From Antechinus flavipes (taxonomy: Eukaryota), in contig NC_067401.1 of the NCBI RefSeq assembly GCF_016432865.1, forward strand, positions 185,504,001 through 185,568,000: DNA of 64,000 bases. Reading direction: 5' to 3'. Below the pieces are notes generated by a model that searched no databases, was not told the origin of the DNA, and saw only the letters and a program-made list of their open reading frames with translations. This document shows, piece after piece, positions 11,784 through 22,965 of the stretch (positions are counted from its first letter, which is position 1; each line of letters begins with the position of its first letter). The position numbers and the translations under genes are program-made.

Positions 11784-13099
11784 TCACTTCAACCTCCCAG
11801 CCTTGGTTCTGTGTAGAGAGTGCCAGGATGAGGAGGGACCCATGCGGGGTTTGGTAGGAGAGCAGGAAATGGCCTCACCTCGGCGCCCAAGTCCTTCCTG
11901 AATTTGTCGCTTCAGCTCCTGGCTATCATACACTTGATAGTTAGTAAAACCCCCTGGGTTCCTACTAAGCGGGATGAAGGCAGGTACTCGGCCTGGATCG
12001 GGGGCTGGAGTTCTGGCTGTCACACAGGCTGAGACATAGGACAGGGGTTGAGAGACCTCAGGTATCAGATTCTCATTTGGGGCAGAGCACTGGTTTTGTG
12101 TTTCATGGATGGGGAGTCTGGTGAAGGAAGGGGATGAGCCTAGTGTGATCCGGGGAGGCAATGGCTCTCTATGCTCTCCATCCCATCGTTTTATCTCTGA
12201 CCTCTCCCGGCTGCTAAAGGGCAAATGTCCTGCTGAGACATGGGTCCGATTCAGGGGGTTGTGTGCTGGGATGAGGGGCACTGTGGCACGCCGCACTGAC
12301 TGTCTCGGCACAACATTCTCAGCATAGCTTTGGAGCTCAGGGCTTCGAGGTACAGACTGGGGAGTCTTGGAGACACTGGTCCCCCTACCTCCATCGCGGG
12401 CCCTTTGCCTCAACTCCCAACCATCATAAAAAATCTGGCCACTTTGAGGAAGGGGTTTGTAAGTGCCAGGCATCCAAGATGGATTGGGAGGGAACCTGTG
12501 TCTGAATTGTGGTGAAGTGGGATTCGGTCCTGGTTCCGTGTTCTCCTTTAGGTTTTGAGGCCAGCTATTTGGAGGTGACTGATAATAAGTCTTTAGCCTC
12601 AACTCAGACTTTGCTTCCACCCTTCTGGGAGCCTTCTGGTCTTGAGGAGAGAGATTGGGTCCTCTTGGACAGTAACTGCTCCAGTATCCCCTGTAATGCC
12701 TGATATTTCCAGGATGAGAAGTTGTCTGCTGGTAGTTGGACTGTTGGTTCCAGGCCTCTTTATTGTCATCTAAGTCTGTGTCCCAGGTTTCTTGGTGACA
12801 GAAGGAATTGGGTGAGTTTGCAGGTGAGGGAGGAGGGGGTGGGGGCAAGGATGTTCGAGGGTGGTGGTGATATTGAAGATGGCGTTGGCGGCCACGATTT
12901 CGGCGACTGCGGCGACATGCCTGTTGGCTTCCCCAATAACTGCCATGGCAACTTCCTGAGTGTTGATGACGGCAGCGATGTCGCTTGGATGCAGGGTGGG
13001 TCACATTTAGAGCCACGGGGTCCAAGGTGCAGTGGATGCACAGAGTTGGGACCCCTGGTGGCTTCTTAATGGAAGGCTGGGGCTTCATGGGAATCTTAC
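11784..13099 (-). CDS. SPEM2: SPEM2 (C17orf74) exon 3 (1316 nt)
   Basis: Acceptor cccaatag|GT at 13100/13099. Reads CIHCTLDPV...PRRVEAKSELRL...PPNPSW...FIPLSRNPGGFTNYQVYDSQELKRQ...SLHRT, matching recalled SPEM2. Total CDS 1512 nt = 503 aa. Confidence 0.93.
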
Positions 13100-13332
13100 C
13101 TATTGGGAGTAGGGCAGTGAATTTGGGGAGAGGGATTGGATAGCTAAATACACAAGTCCCTTGTGGGAAATAATTGTGGTCATTGTGTGGGATGTTGGGG
13201 GCCAAAGGGCCAGATTCTCAAGTCCCTTTGAGAATGCTTTCAGAAAGCAGGCAGGTGACAAGGACTGGGAATGTCAGAGGATATAATGTCAGAGGAAGGA
13301 AATCAGAGTCTCTTCCCAGACCCCACACTCAC

Positions 13333-13390
13333 CTTTAGGTTGAAAGAAATCAAATGTTCGGTGTAGGGACCTCATGAGACTGCGCCAGAT
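13333..13390 (-). CDS. SPEM2: SPEM2 exon 2 (58 nt)
   Basis: ccctcag|ATC TGG...AAA G|GTGAGT; IWRSLMRSLHRTFDFFQPK. Confidence 0.9.
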
Positions 13391-13615
13391 CTGAGGGATA
13401 GTGGTGGGGGTGGGGGATCAAAGAAGATAATGGGTGTAAAAGCGTATTTTGCTAAGGCTATTATTGTTTAATAAAGACCCAGGCCCCTGTTCCCTCCCTG
13501 TCTCCTCTCCTCCCTCTCCCAATCATCAAGCTCCCACAGCTATTCTATCCCACTCTCCCAGTATCCACCCTTGTTTAGAAGCCCAGGTAGCATCTGACCA
13601 GGGCCCATCCCTGAC

Positions 13616-13753
13616 CAGAATCATCACATTGATTCCAAGGTTGAGCAGGATGATGAGGCTTAGGAGTAGAAGGATCAAGTCTACAGGATCAAGATTTCTT
13701 GTCGGCCTATGGCCAGAGTGCATCTGTGGCCCATGCTGGGCCTTCTCGGCCAT
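13616..13753 (-). CDS. SPEM2: SPEM2 exon 1 (138 nt), TM helix
   Basis: Strong Kozak ccaccATGG at 13753; MAEKAQHG...DLILLLLSLIILLNLGINVMIL; donor CTG|GTCAGG. Confidence 0.88.
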
Positions 13754-13878
13754 GGTGGGGGGTCCCGGGGTCACCTTGCCCCACCCGGGGCCCTGCCCAC
13801 AGCTCATACATGCCAAGAGCTAGGAGGCTAGTATTCCTGTGTGAAGGCAGATGTGGTTCCTGAAGGAGGTAGGGTTGG

Positions 13879-13912
13879 GTCATAATAGGGATAGGCAGTG
13901 GGGGTCACAATG
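13879..13912 (-). promoter_or_regulatory. Paired GTCA(C/T)AAT motifs upstream of SPEM2
   Basis: GTCATAAT at 13879-13886 and GTCACAATG at 13904-13912 (plus-strand reading). Confidence 0.55.
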
Positions 13913-13943
13913 AAGAGTAAGCTGCTGAGGGCTCTGATCCTTT

Positions 13944-14305
13944 TGAAATGGACAAATCCCTCCTTTCCCCTTTGGGCCAGAAGAAGAAAGTTTGCTTAGT
14001 TAGATTGGGGATCTCTTTTGTATTTCAAAAGACCGGCTCAACAATGCCCTTAAGGTTATCTGTTCCAGGTGGGTGGTGCTCGGGTGGTGCTCAAGATTGA
14101 TCTAATATCTGCTCGAACCCTGTTGTAAAATGCTAATCACAGATTCCAATGTAACATAGCCGAACAGAAAAAAACGTTTATAAAAGCTGTCCTTAGTGCT
14201 GTGAAGGTACGGAATTTTGACCATTCCGTCCTGAGCTCCGTACCAAATAAATCCTAAATCTTCCTCATTGCGGCTGTCTTGAATTTTATTGCCTGGTCTA
14301 TTTCA
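13944..14305 (+). mobile_element. Gammaretrovirus-like (ERV1) 5' LTR, 362 bp
   Basis: Termini TGAAATGGAC...GTCTATTTCA (9/10 inverted repeat), TATAAAA 14179-14185, AATAAA 14246-14251, PBS immediately downstream. Confidence 0.85.
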
Positions 14306-14307
14306 TT

Positions 14308-14325
14308 TGGAGGTCCTACCGAGAT
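14308..14325 (+). promoter_or_regulatory. Retroviral primer-binding site, tRNA-Gln type
   Basis: TGGAGGTCCTACCGAGAT, one mismatch from the Gln PBS TGGAGGTCCCACCGAGAT used by endogenous MLV-like viruses; 2 nt after the LTR CA. Confidence 0.88.
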
Positions 14326-16055
14326 AAGCCTTTGGCTCAGTCTGATGGCCAGTCCCTCTCCCTGGAGGGCAAAGGGGATTACGGATCCTAGGGGGTGGCC
14401 ACCGAGAGATCTTTCTCGGCCCCTGGTGTCCAGTAATCTCTCTTCTGCGAACCAGGAGAGTGAGACCCAAATTTTGAATTCGGTCCAAAATTGGCATAAA
14501 GCATTCTGATTCTGAGGGGCCCCTGCAGCTGCATCTGCAGTTGCCTGTCTGTTTGAGTACTCCGGATTCTGTGTGGGTGGTGGCTCAGCTGGACGCAGTG
14601 TTTACAGCCCTCCCACTGACTCTTCGTGGGACGCCACCGTGAGAGTCCTGACCTGGTTCTGGAAGACTAGTCTGTATGTTCTGTGTGTGATTTGACTGGT
14701 GTTCTGTGTGTTCTGTATGATTTGTCTGTCTAAAAGCTTTGTTAGTTTCAGCATTTAGAAGAGTAAGTCTGTCTGAGTACCTTTTGGGGTACCATCTGGT
14801 TCTGGTTCTGGTCATGGTTATATGTTAACTGTGTAGTCTGTGTGATGTGTATTCTATGTTCTGTGTGATTTGTTTGTTATGTTGTTGGTTGGAAAAATTT
14901 TAAGAACAACGTTGCAACTGTGCTTAGTGAATTGGAGCTCCACGTGTGTCTGTGTTAAAAGTTAGCAAGCTTGTAAAAGATAAGAATTCAGCCTCTGTGT
15001 TGCAGACTTAGAAAATATCCAGAAGTTTGCAAAATCTTTCTCTCTCCCTCTCTGTCTCTGGCTGACTGCAGCAGCCTGTGGGAAAGGGGGGAGAAAGGAA
15101 GAAATAAAAAGGAAATTAAAAAAAAATAGATTGAAAGGGATCNNNNNNNNNNNNNNNNNNNNNNNNNNNNNNNNNNNNNNNNNNNNNNNNNNNNNNNNNN
15201 NNNNNNNNNNNNNNNNNNNNNNNNNNNNNNNNNNNNNNNNNNNNNNNNNNNNNNNNNNNNNNNNNNNNNNNNNNNNNNNNNNNNNNNNNNNNNNNNNNNN
15301 NNNNNNNNTTAAAGGAAAGAAGTTTGAATGGAATATCTAGGCATTCTCTGTGAAGGCAGAGAAAAGCACTAAATGGGTTTGGAAGTTCACAGAAACCCCT
15401 TTTGGATTCTGAAAGGGGAAAAGGGAATTAAACTTCTCTCTCTGGGGGTGGAGGTCTTGGAAACAGCTCCTAGTCTGTTTGCTGATTTAAGAGCTTTGTT
15501 AAGTTTTAAGAACAATGATTAAGGAAAATTTGCTTGTGATTTTAAATTTTTTTTAAGGAAAAGCCTACTAGAGTAAAGGGCAATAAAAAGCTCTGAAGAT
15601 AAGATGCTAATAGCTGTTAAAAGAAATGTGGTAGAAAAGAAAAAAAAACTTTTTAAAGACAGCTGTATTAGTTTGATTCAGTTTGTTACCTTCTGGAATA
15701 TATTGAGTTATTTGTTAACATAAGTTATACTTTAAATCCAGCTCTGCTGGACATGTATGGGTTTTTATGGAGGTTTGGGTTATTCACTATAGTGTGAATC
15801 TTACAGGTTTTTGAAGAAATGCAGATGATTCGGGAAGGACTGATTTGTAGGGGCAATTAGAGGTTTGCATGGTTTAAGGAAGGTGAAAGACTTTTGGGAG
15901 TAGGTAAAGAGGTGGGGGAGGGAGCCACCCAACCCTCACTGTCTTCTACTACTATACTAAAGGAGCATCTGAGTAGGAAAGTTCTTTAAGGAGATTGTTT
16001 AAGTATGTAGCTAGAGGGAAAGAGAAAGTTGGAAAGGAGGGATTTGTCCATTTCA
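14326..16055 (+). mobile_element. ERV leader/non-coding internal region (spans an assembly gap), ending in an inverted copy of the U3 terminus
   Basis: CpG-retaining leader after the PBS with tctgt-rich repeats; no gag ORF seen; 16031-16055 is the exact reverse complement of 13944-13968. Confidence 0.6.
15143..15308. other. Assembly gap (166 N)
   Basis: Run of N. Confidence 1.
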
Positions 16056-17341
16056 CTTTCACTTGTTTATTTATTTGTCTTATGGTATCTCCTGTAGGTG
16101 CCTTGATAAATCTTTCCATCTCTTCCCATTAATCTTGAGCATCATTATCCTTCTCCTCAGGGAAGTAGCACTACCATCTTCCCAGGTACCAAAATTAGAA
16201 TCACTTAAAAGATTTCTCCTTTTCTTCTTGCATCTAACATCTGTATATTTGTTTTTCTTATTTTGCTGCTATATTGTTCATTTGACTGTGTTTTGTGTCA
16301 TTTTCATGCTATAGCATTGTGTTTGTTAATAATTGTCCATATATGCTAATGCCCAGAGATAAGTTATACTTCATATATGGGCCTATTGATAAGTTATTGC
16401 TACAGTTAGCTTTTTTTTTGTTATTTTGCCATGCTTATTGATTTTGAATGATTGATAGGCCTATGTTATATAGTCTGTTGGTAGTGAGGCATGTTGTCAC
16501 TTTAATATCCTCCTAGATGATGGTCTGTATAACTGTGTCTATTGCATTTACTGTTAATGTAGTTTTAGTTTCAATGATACTGAAGGATGGTTACCTGGGA
16601 TACCAAGAAAATTATTCTTATTGTTTTAAAATACTCATGTTGGTGTTTATACTATATTTTTATTTACAGGTTTTGGACCTGCTCCAGTTGATCCTTGCAA
16701 GGAATTGTAGAGTTTTGGTTCAGAGGAGGAATGTAAGCCCTGTCCCAAAGCCCATTGATATAGAACTCTTCTCATTAATGGCAATGAATATTCACACCCT
16801 ACAAGAGATGGAAGTGTGGAATTAGAATGGAGGAGATTTAGCCTTCTCTAGTGGTCTTTGGAACTCTTCCAGCTCTTACTCATGTTGGGCATTTCTGGCA
16901 TCCAGCTTCAAGAAGATGTAAGATGCCAATCTTATTTCATTTTGTGGAAGGAAAAGATTTTGAGAAGAAATAGGAGAGACTGGAAGTTCCTATTATGTCC
17001 TTGTCCCCAACTTGCCACATTAGAAATCAGAGAGCTTTCCCTTGGGTGAGATCCAGGACACTTTCTCTTGGTTGAACTTAATTACCTTGCTCCCAATGGA
17101 AGAACTTCACTCTGTATTGCCTGGTATTTATTCTCCTATGTATACTTTTTTCTGATTTCTGTTTTGCTACCAATTAATAAATAGGTGTCTTTAATATTCA
17201 TTAGGTACACATCTTTGTTGGTAGCTTCCAGCCCCAACTTCTGACTTCTCTCCTAGTAGAAATTAAAATCTCCCTTGAAGAAAGGTGGGAGAAAAAGCCT
17301 TCTTTTGTTGTTGTTATTTTGTTTAAATTTTAGCACTTTAT

Positions 17342-18030
17342 ATTTTTTTTCTTTTTAAAGCTTTTTATTTTCAAAACATATGTACAGATAATCTTTCAAC
17401 ATTGACCTATGCAATCCTTGCATAGCCTTATGTTTCAGATTTCCCCATCTTCCCCTCCCACCCTTTCCCCTAGATGGCAAGCAATCCAATATATGTTATA
17501 CATGTTAAAATATATGTTAAATCCAATATGTATAAACATATTTATACAATTCTCTTGCTGCACAAGAAAAAATCAGATCAAAAAGGAAAATAAAGGAGTA
17601 AGAAAACAAAATGCAAGAGAACATCAACAAAAAGAGTGAGAATGTTATGTTGTGATCTACATTTAGTTCCCACAGTCCTCTCTAGGTGTACATGGCTCTC
17701 TTCATTAAAAAATCATTGGAACTGACATCAGTCATCTCATTGTTGGAAACAATCACGTTCATCAGAATTGATCGTTGTATAATGGCGATTGCCCTTGTAT
17801 AATGATATCCTGGTTCTGCTCATTTCACTTGAAATCATGTTCATGTAAGTCCAGGTCTCTCTAAAATCATCCTCCTGATCGTTTCTTCAATAGTATTCCA
17901 TAGTCACATTGACTGTGTAAGTCAATTCTCCAACTGATGAGCATCCACTCCGTTTCCAGTTTTTTGCCACTATGAAAAGTGCTGCCACAAACATTTTTGC
18001 CCACGAGGGTCCCTTTCTTTTCTTTAAGAT
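17342..18030 (-). mobile_element. LINE-1 3' end (ORF2 C-terminus + 3' UTR)
   Basis: Poly-T followed by marsupial L1 3' UTR; minus strand carries a frameshifted KGKGP-CAK-FVAALF-VAKNWK-like ORF2 tail. Confidence 0.85.
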
Positions 18031-18226
18031 CAAAGAGCCTTTTTTTGAACGACATAGCAATACATCACCCTGTGCTGCAGGTAGGGAAAAAAGCCCTCAT
18101 TACACAGGCCTTACCACATGGAGGGGCCCTCTTTCTACACATGCTATATCTGTTTCCATAATACAATTCTGGAAAAGATCTCCCTTCATCCCTGACAATA
18201 ATGGCTGCCAAACTGGATTGCAAAAG

Positions 18227-19203
18227 TGTTGTAATATCAAGAGTTGTTGGAAATACACGGGAGCCACCTGACAGTGGCTGCTGGCGATCCAACCCAGACC
18301 TGCAGAATGGATCTCCTCTTGTGAAAGGATGATAGATACAAGTGTACTGAGAGGCTGTTGTGTTGTTTGAACTCTCTCCTCTTCCCTCTGCCTCCAATTT
18401 ATCTCAATCCCAGTCTGCAACACATGTGTTGGTAAAGGGTGCCCTGCAGCTCCTTCAGATGTTATGATCCACAGCTGTGGAGGCTTTAGGAGAATTGACC
18501 TATCCCTATGCCCGTTTTTTGTTTTTTGCTGTTATTCCTCCCTCCTCTTCCCCTCCCCCACCCCAGCATGGTCCGCACACTGAGAAATACAAGCAGCCCT
18601 ATCACCTCTGGATGGTTGTAGCAGGTATTGATCTTATCATGGAGACAAATTTTCAAAGGGAGAAGAGGATTGTAGTCAGAACAGGCAATTAAGTTTCTCA
18701 TCAGTCTTCTGGCTCTGCCCTTTGGTATACTGGCCCATTTGATTACCCTGACTAAAAAAGTCTTACCAGGACTCTTTTTTCCTTTCCTTCCCCGAGGGTT
18801 ACCGAAGGAACTCTGGAAGGATCCTTCTCATGAACAGCTCTGGTTCTTGTAATTCTTATACTTCTTTTGCCTCACGTTCAGGTGCCATATGTTGTAATAC
18901 CGGGAGCTGTTGGAAATACACAGGAGCCATCTGACAAGTGACTGCTGTAGATCCAACCCAGAGCTGCAGAATGGATCTCTTATGAGAGGAGGATACAAGG
19001 AGACTGAGAGGCAGTTGCTGTTCTCTGACCTCTCTGACTGAGAGGCTGTTACATTGTCTGACCTCTCTCCTCTTCCCTCTGCCTCCAGTTTATTTCATTC
19101 CCAGTCCATAATACCTGTGTCAGCAGAAGCTGCTCTGCAGCTCCTTCAGATGTTATGATTCACAGTTGTGGAGGCTCTCAGAGAATTGACCTGTCCCTTA
19201 ACA
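18227..19203 (-). mobile_element. Miniature betaretrovirus-like (ERV2) provirus: 5' LTR 19203-18890, internal ~380 bp, 3' LTR ~18510-18227
   Basis: Two homologous LTRs ending ...ATTACAACA, Lys-type PBS at 18887-18870, A-rich PPT near 18530-18510, perfect 6-bp TSD CAAAAG at 18221-18226 and 19204-19209. Confidence 0.9.
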
Positions 19204-20127
19204 CAAAAGCCTAGTCTTCTCACTCTCACCTCTTAAAATTCCTAGTGTAGCCCCCTCCTCCTTTAAAGCCATTTCTCTAATCTGCATTTACAATCTTTGG
19301 TTTGGAGGCCACTTACTGAGTTCTGGGGGCACCCAGAAGTTTTGGGTTTCTAGTACTATTGCTCATGACTCCCAACTGGTGTGATTCCCATTTATCCAGC
19401 TAAAGTTAATTAGCTCATTTTAAAAAGATATTTACAAGGAAGAGAGTAAGTAAATGTTATAGAACATTTCCCCTAAAACCTGAGGCACAATCTCCCACAA
19501 GTATACACAGTGACCATGGGGAAAATGCAGTCAAACTTAAGAGTACAATGGTAATGATGCACATTCATAGAGAATACATGTGACATGTCTTCCAATCCCT
19601 GGACCTGGAAGTTCTTTTCTATATGGACTCCTCATGAAGTGTCCCTTAGGAGTAGCTTTCTACTTGCTACATACCTGCCTCCCAGGACTTTCTAGAGTTC
19701 AGGGTCAATATTTCTTTCTGCCATGAGGAGTAGCATTCTTTGATGTTTAGAGCTGTTCATCTTCAATAGTCTTGTTGGTTTTGCTGCAGCTACTTTCACT
19801 ACTGTTAGTCAGTACCATTCTGGTAGTCACTGCCAATATTGCCATTTAGATTCAATGGAACACACCTCCCATCCTTTCAATAAAAAAAAAAGGTGTTGCC
19901 TGGCTATGCATACCTTGAAATTGCTGCTTGGTCATCTCAAAGAAGAAATACTAAAGAGATAGGGACAGACCTGTATTCATGATCATCATTGTCTGGGGGC
20001 ATTCAGAGCAAACACCTTTCTCTTCCCTGATTCTAGGCTAGAAAGCAGCTCAATGTGGTTTTACACTTCTCACCAATTCAAAGGAAAAAGACTATTGAAA
20101 GGTATGTCATCCATGTATACTTATTTT

Positions 20128-20303
20128 GTATTTAATTTATACTTTAGCATATTTAATATGTATTGGTCAACCTGCCACCTGGGGGAGGATGTGGGAGGAA
20201 AAAGGGGAAAAATTGGAACAAAAGATTTGGCAATTGTCAATGCCGTAAAATTACCCATGCATATAACTTGTAAATAAAAAGCTACTAAAAATAATTTAAA
20301 AAA
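20128..20303 (+). mobile_element. LINE-1 3' terminal fragment
   Basis: ...aaaattacccatgcatataacttgtaaataaaaagct... followed by A-rich tail. Confidence 0.8.
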
Positions 20304-21644
20304 GAAAGGTATGTCATCCCTTTTATAAACTCACTCTATTTTAATTCCGAAATCCCTGAAGCATCAGTTTTTCCAGCTTCATAGCTAATTGTTATTTTAA
20401 AATATTCATGTAATTTTGGTTTTAATTCTGTATTTAAACACTAGGATCATTTGTGAAATGGTAGGTCTCTTACCTATAGTTTGCTTTTTCTTTTTAAATA
20501 TGCAATAAATTTAACATAACTTTCAGAGTATTTCTACTTTTTTGTGATTCCTCTTGACTTTTCTCTTATGGGAAGAGAGGAACCCAGTTTCTTTCCACTC
20601 TTCTCCTTAAAAACAAATATATATAGTCAAGCAAACCAAATACCCGTGGCCATGTCTAAAAATGTATATTTCCTTTTGCATCTTTAAGTCCCTCACTTTT
20701 CCCATAGAATCCTCTAAATGTTCATGTCCTGAGGCAAAATCCTGGACTCTAAACCCTGGACTCTTCATGTGTCACGCCTTTTTAATGGATGTATATCAAC
20801 TTAGAAGGAGATAGAATGCCCCTAGGGATTTATCCACAGTTCTATATTGTTTAACATGTGCCTCAAAGACCTAAAAGAAGGTGGGGTGAGTATGCTTTGG
20901 CTCACTGAGGGAAGGCTCCCTCAGAGTTCTAGGATATCACTTCTTTAAGGTCATCAGCGCAAACGCCACCTAATGTGTTCTATCACTGTTAGCTAATTGC
21001 TAAAGTCCCAGTTCCATTTAACTCATAGGCATCATAGCTTTTACAAATGGATATTTATTTTGAAGACCTAGCAAAAACAGAAGTCTAAATATTTCCCCTG
21101 CAATATAAGGACAATACTCTCTCCTATATCACTTCAGTCTCTAGGGAGAGGGAGTTCATTGATCCTCATCAAGTTTATTTCAAAAATCTCTTGTTAGATG
21201 AGTCATTGGTTATATATGCTGGGGGCATATGAGCTAGGCAGGCTACCTTTACCCGGGGCCATCAATGAAAGAGTAACAATTCAGGCAGAGATCCAATTAG
21301 AAAAGTAGCTTAAGGCCTAAGTATTGTTCTGAAGTCAATTAAAGAGACTGCCATTCACTCAAGGTATAAGCCAACCTGAATCTGGCCTTCCTGCCTACTG
21401 GTCATGGTCTAGATTTCTTCATTGATTGACCAACAAAAGGTCCCAGGCACAACTCACTTGGTCATTGTTTTGGGCCCTGAGTGTCTCAGAGTGAATATAA
21501 ATATAAAAGTAATACAATTGTTATTTTGATGAAAAAAAAAAAAGCCCAGAGGGTCTTCCCCTCTCAAAATGATTCCCTTTTTTACTTTTGAGTGGGGGAA
21601 AGGAGAACTAGGTGAAAAAGTTCATTCTTCACCTCTTTTCTTTC

Positions 21645-21860
21645 ATACTTAGCCTTAATCACTGAATGGGTGGTTGCCTCAATCAAACAGACCTGTTAAA
21701 AACCTTAGCTTAAAAAGGCCAAGGTTCCCCCACTGCATCCAGGACCTTCTCAAGTCATCTTGATCTATATCTGTCACTGGAACCAAGTGCTTCCAGAGGA
21801 GAAAGCAAGGCAGGTGACTTTGCATTAGTCCTCCTTTTCTCCCTCAAATCCATTTAACTT
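21645..21860. mobile_element. Marsupial RTE-derived interspersed repeat fragment (WALLSI-like); related copy near 37985-38215
   Basis: Shared cactgcatcc...ccatc...agtcat...tga(c/t)...ctgtcactg...ggagaaag...gactttg(c/t)a...ctc...aaat pattern in both places; family name is tentative. Confidence 0.45.
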
Positions 21861-22494
21861 GATGTCTACACCTTTCTGATGTAGTGGTACTCTCTACCTA
21901 TGCTCCAATGTTAGTTCAATGTATCTCCATGTCCCAGAAACAGTATTTCCACATGTGGGAAATTGTATCAGCAAGACAAGCTCTGATGCCCTTTGCTTGG
22001 AATTTCTATATTAGATATTGCTTGCTCTTAAAAAAGATAATTGATCATCTTTTTAAATGCTCCCACTTAATACTTTCAGAAAATCATGAAGCCATATGAA
22101 CTGATGAAAAGTGAAATGAGAAGAGCAGGAGACTACACAGTAACAGCAAAAATGTACAATGATCAGCTGTGAATGACTTAGCTATTCTCAGCAATACAAT
22201 GATACAAGACAATTCTGAAAGGCTCATAATGAAAAATGTCATCCATCTTTATCAATTTTTTTTTTTGGTGAGGCAAAGGGATTGAGTGACTTGCCCCACA
22301 GGGTCACACAACTAGGAAATAAGTGTCTGAGGCTGGATTTGAATTCAGGTCTTCCTCTATTTAGCTACTCCAGTGCTATCCATCAGAGAAAGGACTGATG
22401 GAATCTGAATACAGATGGAGGCTTATTTTATTTTATTTTTTGCTTTATTATTCTTGGGGGTTTTTTGATCTTTGTTTTCTTTTGCATCATGATT

Positions 22495-22720
22495 AATTTA
22501 GAAATATGTTATTCAGGATTGCACATACATAATCTATATTAAATTGTTTACCTTCATATACTATAACATATTTAACATGTATAAGACTGCCTGGCAGCTA
22601 GGGGAGGGGGTGGAGGGAAGGGAAAAATGGGAACATAAGTGAGTGCAAGGGATAATGTTGTAAAAAAATTACCCATGCTCATACATACTATCAATAAAAA
22701 GTTAGAATAAAAAATAAATA
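22495..22720 (+). mobile_element. LINE-1 3' fragments
   Basis: ggggagggggtggagggaag...aaaaaattacccatgc...tcaataaaaag A-rich tail. Confidence 0.75.
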
Positions 22721-22965
22721 AAATTGTTTGCCTTCTCGAAGAATGGGGAGGTAAAAGAAAATATGGAACTAAAAATTTAAAAGAGGAATATTTTTAAATT
22801 CTTTACACTTGAGAAAAAATAAAAATTAATAGTAAAAAAATAAAATGGTCTTGTTTCTCTGTGCTTTTTTCCCTATCTTCTCTATTTCTCTATATGCTTA
22901 AATTTTTGAAATATTTATTTTTTTCTTTTGGTATCATTGTTGAGATTCAGTGCATGGCAGGAAGT

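Noticed and set aside
13754-13816. Upstream in-frame ATG extending SPEM2 by 21 aa (MACMSCGQ...)
   Set aside because: The ATG at 13753 has a strong Kozak and gives the 138-nt exon 1 shared with SPEM1; the extension is possible but unsupported.
16660-17050. Possible decayed env fragment (RRNRR-DW furin-like site) after an acceptor-like tttacag
   Set aside because: Multiple stops and no recognisable CX6CC or immunosuppressive domain; cannot be supported.
19204-21530. Possible decayed processed pseudogene(s) or ERV internal sequence
   Set aside because: Hand translation of several frames gave nothing recognisable; similar failure at 37540-37900 and 41400-41800.
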